A DNA stretch of 20,000 nucleotides from Veleropilina oligotropha (lineage: Eukaryota). Each line of letters begins with the position of its first letter. The stretch's first letter is position 1. The notes beneath the pieces were generated by a model. The model had not been told where the DNA came from. It did not search any database and saw nothing but the letters and a program-made list of their open reading frames with translations. Position numbers and translations under genes: made by a program. Positions 1 through 10,300 of the stretch are shown in pieces. The stretch is taken from NCBI GenBank assembly GCA_048128005.1, contig JBEUKZ010000007.1, forward strand, positions 184,570 to 204,569, given 5' to 3'.

Positions 1-1218
1 TGGCTCACAATTGATCAATAGACTCACGGAGCTGTTTCAATCCATGTCGACCCAAGAGAAACTTTCGCAGAAATTCAATGTTGCTTCTATCGTCCACCTG
101 TTTACGAGAAAAGGAAACCAGCAAGCATGTGACAATCACCGCGGCATCTCACTGCTCTTCATTACAGGGAAGATTCTGGCCAGGATTTTTCTGAACCGTA
201 TGAATCAACACCAGGAGCAAAATCTGCTTCAAAAGAGTCAATGTGGATTCAGGCCGAGCCACAGTACAGCGGATATGATCTTTGCTGCGCGCTAACTACA
301 AGAGAAATGTCAGGAGCAGAACATCGAACTCTATACCACTTTTGTAGATCTGACCAAGGCCTTCGACACTGTCTGTCGTGAGGGACTCTGGAATATCATG
401 GCCAAATTCGACTGGCAAAGTTCATCTCACTGGTCTGGCAATTTCACGACGGCATGCTATCGTGCAGGACGGTGGAGAAAATTCAGAGTTATTCCCTGTA
501 ACAAATGGCATCAAACAGTGCTGCATACTTGCCCCACACTATTCGGTATGATGTTTTCGGCTATGTTGACAGACGCTTTTCGTGATGGCAACATCGGATT
601 CAGTATCAGGTACCGGACAGACGGAAAGCTCTTTAACGTACCGAGGCTGCAGGCGAAAACCAAACCCCAGGAAGCCGCTGAACTCATTTCATAGGAGGTG
701 CAAGTCAAATGAAAGGACAAAGTTCCAGATACAAAGATACTCCAGAGGGCAATGGTCAAGCGTTCTCAACTCTGGTGGGCAAGTCACGTGCGCCGCATGT
801 CCGACAAACCTCCCGGAGAAAATATTTTACAACGAGCTAAAGGACGGCAAGCGCTCTCATGGGGACAAAGGAAGCGGTACAATGACACATTCAAAGTTAC
901 CCTGAAGTGTTGTAGCATCGATCCAAACTCTTGGGAATAATCTGCACAGGACTGCACCGCCCGGTGCACCCTGATCAAGTCTGGACTGACGAACTACGAA
1001 TCAAGGCGCGTGGTAGAGCCGAAGAACAAACGTCAACAGCGAAAAAGCAGGGCGAGTACCACTCCTCAGCAGGCTCACCATCGACAATTAATTGCATGCC
1101 CTCATTGCAAAACACAGTTCAGAGCGCGGATTGGACTTACCAGCCATCTTCGCATACACAACCCCAATGATATAAGAAATCTTGGTCGTCTTCGGCAGCG
1201 AAGGACGTACATCATCAT
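1..1218 (+). mobile_element. Degenerate RTE-clade (BovB-like) non-LTR retrotransposon: 3' part of RT ORF and 3' end
   Basis: GISLL..GKILARIFLNR, SQCGFRP..ST.DMIFAAR, FVDLTKAFDTV.REGLW, LFGMMFSAML, YRTDGKLFN..RLQAKTK, C-terminal CPHC..F.ARIGL.SHLR.H and a short (CAT)n tail. Has frameshifts and an internal deletion near 665-700 that removes the (F/Y)ADD motif. Truncated by the window edge. Confidence 0.9.
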
Positions 1219-1744
1219 GTTGTGTAGTTATCTGCCCCTGAAATCTTTATTTTATATTTTTCGTATGCACAACAGTGTAAAGCTCGCACTGCGTGCTCGC
1301 TATTAATATATTGTGCGTTGCTCTGTCACTTATAAACCGTTATTTAGAGGAAGACTACGTAACTAACAATTTAAAAAATTTCTTTCAGGGTGGCGGCAAT
1401 CGCGGCAAACGTTGTACCACTTCGACATTCATATCTCACCTCGTTTAAGAAAGACACATCAATCAGCAACGTTGCTTGTCGCGTCTATCACTGTGGGATT
1501 ATTAATGGCAATAAAATATTGGAAATGTTTTTTATGTGATGTAGTTAATGACACGTGGTATTGTGTGATATTATTTTCATTTAAGTTCTCGATTTACACA
1601 TTCGTATAATGTATACTCACTAAATGTATGTCAGACATGACGCAGAAGACAGAAACAGTCAAATTATACAATTTCGTTGTTTATTCTGAAGGAGATTACT
1701 TTGTCACACTTCGAAGTTTTAAAACACATTTTCACAATCAAATA

Positions 1745-1975
1745 GATTGATTTGGATCGATAAATGGCCTGATTTTAATAACCTTCAGGTTCACACCCGT
1801 GGGAGGAAATTCCTCTCGCCCGAGAAAACCCGTCCTCTCCGGTCAATTATGGACACCTATCATTGGTGACAGAACCAAGAACGCCATTGCCGGTGATCGA
1901 ACCCACTCTTGCTAGGCTGAACATTCAAGCCAGTAATTTCAGAGTCCACATTCACATTCACTCGGCTATCGAAGC
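1745..1975 (-). mobile_element. tRNA-derived SINE, copy 1
   Basis: Minus strand shows A-box-like GATAGCCGAGTG and B-box GGGTTCGATCACC. Body GGGTTTTCTCGGGCGAGAGGAATTTCCTCC and 3' end GATCCAAA are shared with the copies at ~6.3 kb and ~9.8 kb. Confidence 0.7.
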
Positions 1976-3549
1976 GTTCACAATGTAATAGACAATTTAA
2001 CAACAAAATTGTTTAGAATAAAATTTGACGCCAAATACAGACAATTTTATCCATGTCACGTGATGTCCAAATTTTACTCTTAGCTCGATAAGGTAGGCTA
2101 CATAGAAATCATACTACATTGACTGAAAAGTGGAATGCGTCGCGTACAGGTCACGCGTTCGATACTTTGTCCGGATATGACCATACGAATTTCCAGATAT
2201 AACCCTTTTAGAACGTGTACGGGCTTTCGCATATGATAACAATGTGATTAATATCAACTTCTCCAACGGTTGTCTACCAAATTTTGTACGTAAACTCTAG
2301 ACGTGATCGTCTGTTGATGATGGCAGTTTGCCTGAAATTAATTATTCGACGCGCATATGAACTTCGAGCGTTTTCCAAAAATATAGATAATATAATTATA
2401 GGTCTATACATTATTATTTCGCGCTATTTCAAGTTCTCATCTAAAACACGACTCAGTCATGTGTGACAGGCTCATTGGTATTATTGTTTTACGGCCATCT
2501 TTGATAATTTATAAGTGTCATCGCAGACGGTACCCCGATTTAATGTCTTTATCCTATCTAGCCCCAACCAGTCAACAGTTGCGACAGTCGAACACTGAAA
2601 AGGGTGGTGTTATTGAGTCGAGCCTCAGTTATTTCTGAGACGTCTAAGTGAACATGGAACCTTCACCGGTTTGGATGCTATGATGCTGTCAAGTTGCACT
2701 TAATCATATGCACACGTGTACTTTTCATACACAACATTTATCACGGTTGCAGATGCATGTAATACGGCGGGTATGATTCTATCTCCGCAACTGGAGTATG
2801 AAAGGTCAAATTCGGCCGGAGACCGATGTCGTAAATTCTGTTGGGGACCGATGTCGTAAATACATCGCGTTGGAATGTTTCATTTACATGCAGCATACTT
2901 ATCATTTCTCTTCACATCGTTATTAAAACTAAGTATCACCTCGAATTAATTTGGGAACAATTATTACCATCGACTTACGTTTGTCTGTAGGCCTATATTA
3001 GTAGCCTATATATATATGTCAATTCGCATTAGGCCTACTAAAAAATATTAATCCGATTTTAAATTTAGTCAAATCTAATTAAAATTATGTAAATTCGTAT
3101 TGCAATTTGCTGTCTAAATGATATTATAACATAATTCAGCTAAAAAAGGTGAAATATCAACATTATAAGCCTTTTAAGAATCAATTAAATCAAACTGCAA
3201 CAAATAGCTATAACTCTGTAACCACTGAGAGTAGACATCTCATATTTTGACGTGACAGAGGGAGGGTGGCATTGTCTACAACTTCTTAACAGGCATTGTG
3301 TGTGCTAGAGCGAATTTGTGGACCTCTTTGTGCTCCGAAATTAAAATCGTCGAAAGGGTACGATAGTTGTAATATATCAGATAATCCGTCAACTTGGAAG
3401 AAATTTGCTAAAATCTCACAATTATGCCGTAGGCCTAAGATTTGAGTACATTCCTATGAAGTGCAATGATTCGAAAGCTGGTCCAAAAATGTGTGGTCAG
3501 ATGTTCAAACAACGATAATTACAAAACATATTGTTTCAGCGTCCTTATA

Positions 3550-4660
3550 CTGGGGCGGATCCAGGGGGGTCCGTGAGGGTCGGACCCCCCCCCCCCTTGA
3601 AATAAAAAAAAACAAAGTAATAAAATCCGTACACCTTTATGTGTAGTTAGGGGTATAGGGTTATTTTAAAGAACCGTTTCTTAAAGCATATGCATTAAAA
3701 CTTTCCTCCCAGAATCTCAACGCCCCCGCTTGGAGCAGTATTAACACTTAAAAAGTTGATATATTTGCTATTCAACCTCCAACTTAATATCATATCCAGG
3801 CTAAACATGTGGGAAATGCGCCTACGATAACGGATTTTTTTCTTTCTCTGTGTTGGCCGCCCTTTGATTCTGATAAAACAAAATCTAAACGCCTCTATTG
3901 TCAGTTAATCTTAGCACGCAATTACACCAACCGCTCTAAAGAGCGAGATGAAAGAATGCCGGCACAGCTGGAATACCACTTCCGAGGACCAACGGCCCGA
4001 AAACCTCATCGACTGTTTGAGGAAGACAGATCCAGATATATTCCCCAATATATCTGCATTACTGAGAGTTGGATGCACACTTCCAGTCGGCAGTGCCGGA
4101 GCTGAACGCTCGTTCTCGTGTTTCCGGAGAGTCAAGACCTACATCCGCAACAGAATGGGCGAAGAGCGCCTCTCAGGACTGTGTTTGATGAATTTGCATC
4201 AGGACCTGATAATTGAAACTGATGCCGTCCTGAAAGAGTTCATTTCAGTCAACAACAGACGGATGTTCAGTCGATTGAAATTGAATTGAATTTGTTGTGA
4301 TCAATATCACCTTTCTAGTACATTCATAAAACGTATACGATCGATGTTCTTTTGGCTTAATTTCGTGGTGCCAGGGCCGTAGCTAACATGAGAACAGGGG
4401 GGGGGCAGTTTCCCCCCCCCCCCCTGAAATCTGGAAAACGCGGACGTAAAACTAAAGTGATTCACATTAAATAAAACGCTTAGAGTGCAGGAGGGGCCGT
4501 TTCGTAAGAATGAATCCAAAATGTTCTTGTGCCTTGGGGAACCATGGTCCCCAACGCACAACCGTTGACTTAGGGTTCCGATAATCACACGGGCCCTGGG
4601 TGCCCTTTTGGGATTCTCCCGACCCCCCCCCCCCTTTCGAATTTCCTGGATCCGCCCCTG
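3550..4660 (+). mobile_element. Internally deleted hAT DNA transposon with terminal inverted repeats
   Basis: TIRs CTGGGGCGGATCCAGG (3550-3565) and CCTGGATCCGCCCCTG (4645-4660), 15/16 match, enclosing a transposase C-terminal fragment. No 8-bp TSD visible. Confidence 0.7.
3915..4289 (+). pseudogene. hAT transposase C-terminal dimerisation domain fragment (P52rIPK/ZMYM1-like group)
   Basis: FPNISALLRVGCTLPVGSAGAERSFSCFRRVKTYIRNRMGEERLSGLCLMNLH is the hATC signature. In-frame TAG at 3912 and no upstream transposase domains. Confidence 0.88.
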
Positions 4661-5175
4661 TAATACTCTCCTCTTCGAAAATCATCAGGATTTTATGATA
4701 TTATATCCGGTTTTCGGTTGACTTCTCTACAGACAAAACTATTGTTCTATTGCTTTTCATTATGGGGTTCCTTGGCAACGAGGCTGGAGATTGCCATCTC
4801 GGTTTGTCTTGCTGTAAATTGATGGGTTCGCTCTCGGATCTCCTAACAACCTTGGTTGAGTGTCTGGAGCGCTAATAACTTATCGACCGAGAAGGATGCA
4901 TTGCTAAAGCATAAAAGTAACTATTTCGCAGATATAAGCAACCTTTATTACTTCATTATTTATTGTCATTAAATAACGATATAATCAATATGAAACACAT
5001 GTAAATAATTTAATGAAAATATTTATTGTCACTGTATGTTTTGTCCTTCCATTCACGAACCAAAGTTAATCTGTACGAAAAGAAAAATAAGCATTCATTA
5101 GTTACAGATAAGACATGCTTTACCTTAAAAATACAGTTAGGATAGTATGTTGATCATTTCAGTACATGCTACTTT

Positions 5176-5213
5176 TTATCTAATATAATTGAATTTTATG
5201 GTGCTGGGCGAAT
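5176..5213 (-). CDS. Candidate terminal coding exon 10 of the EPDR gene
   Basis: Acceptor aatttcag at 5214-5221. Reads IRPAP* (stop 5196-5198) from the phase-0 donor, or NSPSTIKFNYIR* (stop 5176-5178) from the phase-1 donor. AATAAA on the minus strand at ~5022-5027 and ~4944-4965. No homology support. Confidence 0.45.
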
Positions 5214-5519
5214 CTGAAATTCCACTTACTTCATTGTTAGAAGACCTTTCCGAACGTCACCGCAACCTTTACAAACTTTGCACATATATTTACCAATATG
5301 ACAAGTTGTCGATTAAATATGAACTCCTCGGCATTGAAACCAAATATAACTGCATTTAACCATGTTTTTCTATCTTGTGAAATGTCTGTAGCCTGGGTCA
5401 CGAAAATTATAATTTATTAATATATATAGTACCGGTATTTCACGGGTTTTCGCAACAGCTCAATTCGCTAGGATTAACTACACACGAAATCACCAAATCG
5501 CATATATATCATACGACAT

Positions 5520-5916
5520 TATAAGTTGTCGAGCGACATTGCGGTAGACACGGTGCATTGAATACCGAATGAAGTTGTTTAACTTAATAAGGTATTCAAT
5601 GCACCGTATTTACCAAGACGTTGCTCGATAACGTATATATCTTGCTTTGATAATGATAAACTTACTAAACAAACTCCTGACTTGGCTCATAACACTGTCG
5701 TTATTTAAACCGTGATGTATTCAAAATGGCAGACGACAAAGTTCAGTAAAGCCTACTCAAGGTTTTCCGAGTTAGAATAGTTTCATTGACAGGCGACGTA
5801 TGACGCTATAGCCGTGGTATAAGAATCCATATACCACGTCTGGCTGGGGTTTACGGCAAGTTAGTGAAATGACGTCAGCCAATCAGAACAGAGGATACGC
5901 GGTCAAAGCTAGATAA
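5520..5916. mobile_element. Hairpin-ended non-autonomous element
   Basis: Imperfect ~105-bp hairpin at 5525-5632 (CGGTGCATTGAATACC...GGTATTCAATGCACCG). Internal GCCGTGGTATA/TATACCACG and CCAAT...GAGGA...CAAAG...ATAA motifs are shared with the 19306-19978 element. Confidence 0.55.
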
Positions 5917-6025
5917 AAGATCATTGCATACACACAAACACAAGACTATACGCATTTGCGTGAAGATAATTAGACACCATAAGGATGTCTGCATACTTAC
6001 TTGCACGACCAGGCGACAGACTTAC

Positions 6026-6117
6026 CGCTTGGCACATTGTTGGAAGTTGAAAGATTGTCGATGAGTCATTCACCCAAGGTTGAAAATTCTCGAACCATAG
6101 AACATCTTCAAAATTAT
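6026..6117 (-). CDS. EPDR exon 9 (end of domain 2)
   Basis: atttgcag|(N)[30 protein letters not shown]|gtaagt. A second GTAAGT donor 25 nt downstream would extend the exon to 6001. Confidence 0.85.
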
Positions 6118-7297
6118 CTGCAAATAATATTTATATATAAATGAATCGATGGAGATTTTATGATTGTTGTGGTATATCAAATGAGTTCTACAAAATTGGC
6201 TCGATGGAGCAACGACGATGACTCAGCATCACGGAAGTCTATTGGTCGAAGTGATTTCAATATCCATTCTGGCTTTACCTCCACAATCAAATAAGCATTT
6301 GCATCCGGCGCTTGACTGCTGTAACAAAGAGGAGTGGGTTCGAAACTTCGGTTGGGTATACTTTGCTCAGTTAACAGTCAGAGATGTCCACAGCTGGTCG
6401 GCGAGGGTGAGTTTGCTCGGGCAACCGGGCTTTCCTCCAGCGATAATATGGATATATCCCGGTATGAACTGGACGTAGTAAAAACAGGATATTAAGCATT
6501 GATCCAAACAAAAAACTAAGCCATGGCATATTCTAAAGATCTAAAAGTTTCACACCAATACGTTGAGTAGGATTTTAGTTAGGCCTATTATCACTTTGTT
6601 TAAGCAAGAACAGCTATTTTGAACAAACTCACACAAGCAAACATGACAATTACAATATAGTAACAGTAGTAAGTCATAAGTAATCAACTTTTCGCAATAT
6701 AGAGCATGACAATTAAACGCTGCCACTGAATTATGAACCAGATCTTACTTGAACCGAATTGGGCTTGAATGACCTGTGTGACCGGTACACATCCGTCCCT
6801 GGTCACCGTCATAGTTACGGGTATATTAGCATCGAAAAAATCCCATGTATCGACCACAAACGGGTTGCGCCTGTCTCCTAGATTGGCGGTGTTGGTGAAG
6901 TTAGCGTCATCTGTAAGATTGTATAGCAATAAAACAGTATCCAAAGGAAAGAAACAAAGAACAATTCTAAAACATAAATAGGCTGATATAACTGATAATC
7001 CCATTGCTAATTTTTGCAATATGATATGTTTAACTGATAATCGGTTGATATATCTAATAATCGGTTGATATAACTGATAATCGGTTGATATAACTTATAA
7101 TCGGTTGATGTACTTGATAATTCACTGATATCAATGATACTCTGTTGAAACCATTTGTAGACAAACGCATCATAATTATAGAACCAAGCTAGATACAAGA
7201 TATTTATTTGCGCTTAATTTTTACAATAGTGTACACAGATCCACAGCACGGTAATACATATAAACATATGTATATAATATGTTTATATGTGTGTGTG

Positions 7298-7349
<52 letters not shown>

Positions 7350-10300
7350 TGTGTGTGTGTGTGTGTGTGTGCGTGTGTGTGTGTGTGTGTGTGTAAATAG
7401 ATTGAGTGGTTGGTTAAGAAATGTGTTATAGTATACCAATATAAATTAAAAGTGCGGGACCGCTGAAGTAACGATACGTTTTCTAATCAGCGACCCCCTA
7501 GATAATTGTTTAATTTGTTGACCGAGACGGTTATAAAATGGCAAGCAGAACAGTGTACCGGTATCCTATAATATATATATTTTCAGAAAGTATCAATAGA
7601 TTGATTGATCGTGATTTGTCCACATGTATATAGTGTTAAGATTTGCGTGAATTAATTATTGCTCAGTTGATAAAAGTTGTTTCCTCTATTTACATTTAAA
7701 CGTACTCAATTCTAGATTTTTCAAAGATGCTGGAATTTCAGACCATATCTTCACACCTCGAAACTCTAATGTCATTTTACCAACATCTGTCATTACTTTC
7801 GTAATTGATAATTAGTTCTTGCATATCTAGTATTGTATGTGTGAAGTTCAGCTGCAGATTTGAAATAATTAGAACATGCCGGCTGAAGTTTATTATTATG
7901 ATATTTGTGCATTATTACTGCAATTTGATATTTAAATATATCGTCTATTTGTAAGTTAACTGTTAATTTATTTGTTATTAGCCATTGATCAATTTTTATT
8001 CATAGTTTACTTTTATTTCGAGATCCTTAATATTTTTTTCATTTAAAAAGAGATTTGTATCATCGGAAAAAGTCTAACATATAAGTCTGTGCAATTAGGT
8101 AAGTCATTAATATACATATAAGAAACAATAATGAGCCAAATGTTGACCCCTGGGGGACTCCGCATTTCATAACACTAGAGTCAGACCTTTTATTATTAAC
8201 TTCTGTGTAATTTTGCCGATTTGTCAGACATGATTTGAAAAGGGTATGAACATTTCCTCTGATACCGTATTGATGCATTTTATCGAGTAATATATTATGT
8301 TGTACGGTATCAAACGCTTTGGACAGATCTAAGAATATTCCACAGGTTATGCCTTTTTTATCCATTGAATCCAATAATTTATCACGTATTTCTGCTAAAG
8401 CTAATGTTATAGAATGACCTTTTATAAAGCCAAATAGTAATTTATATAAAATAGTGTGCTTATCTATGTAATCAGTTAATCGCTTGTGCAAAAGTTTTTC
8501 GAGAATTTTTGCAAAGAGCGACAGTAAAGATATTGGTCTATAATTTGTTGTCTCGTCTGACGAACCACTCTTATAAATAGGTATGATTTTTGAACATTTC
8601 AGAACATCAGGGAAAATTCCTTCAGATATTGATTCATTGTATAATTGTTGCAGCAGAGGAGTTATTACATCGGAATACATTTCAATCACCTTTATTGGAA
8701 TGTCTTCTGGGCCATTTGCTTTTTTGAGTTTAAAAAGCAAATTTCATTTTCAGAATGTTAGGCGAAGAAGTAACTCGTGGAAGCAGATTAATAAAATTCC
8801 CAATTTATAAATTTATATCTGTTAAATCGGACTACAACGTGCATATATAAAGGTGTCCAATTATCCGGATTTCGTTTCGTAAAGATGTTGACCCGAATCC
8901 GTCCCGTCATATGGAATTTAACGCCATTTTATCTGACACTTTTATATGTAGTCTTTGTATAAATTTTTGCTGGTTTAGACATTATCAAATCATTAAATAA
9001 AAAGTAAGATATAGATACAAATGTTCAAAATGTCGTTAATTAATAGAAGGCGGCCGTCTTTCATTCACGGCGATGCTGCACGTCGGTTTCTGGGGGTTTC
9101 GTCCATTTCCATATAAATATATATTTTATTCATGAATACAATAATTTATCAGAACAAAAAGTTAAAACTAAGAGCATGTACTGTATTTTTAAATATAATA
9201 TATATATGTAGCTGTTATTATGGTACTGTAACATTACATAATAGACCAGGGCGGAACTTCCAGTTTCAATAGGCCTATATACCATGGCTTCGTTCACGTT
9301 AAAATTATGCTCATAACTGAATCGATTATCCTATAACTGAAAATTGCATTTTAACTTGTGGATCATCATGCGAATCATCAAATACACACAATACCCCATT
9401 TGTAGCTTTCTTTCGATAGTGAATCACGTTAAGAAGAGGAATCAGCATCTCTAGATAAGCATGTATTACGTTTGTATAGTAAATAAATTATGCAATTGTA
9501 CCTACCCGGTATGCAAGACAGAAACTTTGTTGGTAAGTGAAAAGATTGACATACGCCGTCAGTGACTCTATATTGAATGTTCTGTAAAGATTTAGAGTAA
9601 CGAATCATATAAAAGGTGTCAAAATATTTGTAAAAATTTTCGTATAATTATGTAGATCCTAAAATGGTGTTTTCAATTCCGTTTTCATATGGCCCAAGGG
9701 AATGGAAGGAAAGGATCTATGCTTTACGTCCTGTATATTTCAAACCATCATTTGGTTCAAAGCAGGACATGTCCATATTATCGCGGGAGGAGAGCCCGGT
9801 CGCCCGGGGAAACCCGCCATCTCCGACAACTGTGACTCATAACATAACAAATAATGCTACTACTGTTCGCGTCAGCGGAATAAGCCAGTGATTTTCGAAG
9901 TCCACATCCGAAACCACACAACTGTCGAAGGGGCCATATGGCTCAAGGGCATACGACTCCCAAACATAGATGTTTAAGTTAAAAAAGTAGCATGATTTAA
10001 ATAAAATTGACCGCTAAGGAATGTAGCGGAGATAACATTTAAGTTCTGAAGTCGTTATATTTTCCTGACAGGTTTCTGAAGGATAATTTTAACTGGAATC
10101 TCTACTATTTATATCGCTTGTTAGGTAATAGATAATACATTACCAGTCAGAGCGTTATAATTCACATAACAGACCGAGTCGGAACGAGGCTGTTATGTTA
10201 TAACGCCGAGGGGTGCCAGTTGTATTATCTGTTATACACACAGCGAAAATCTATTGTAAATTGCAAGCAGTAACCCCTTAAAACATTCATGTCATGCTCC

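Noticed and set aside
1890..1975. Functional tRNA gene
   Set aside because: A/B boxes are present but no intact cloverleaf is evident, and it continues into a SINE body shared with two other copies.
4703..4811. Alternative terminal exon (tttacag|QDKPRWQSPASLPRNPIMKSNRTIVLSVEKSTENRI*)
   Set aside because: It lies downstream of the candidate AATAAA signals, abuts the hAT element with no clear 3' UTR, and has no homology support. Not fully excluded.
7208..7439. ORFs with CV/RA/TH repeats
   Set aside because: Translation of the (GT)n/(GCGT)n microsatellite.
1..8745. Reverse transcriptases as a retron, DGR or other novel RT system
   Set aside because: Both RT fragments carry non-LTR retrotransposon (RTE; CR1/L2) motifs, are frameshifted or deleted, and have no associated partner genes.
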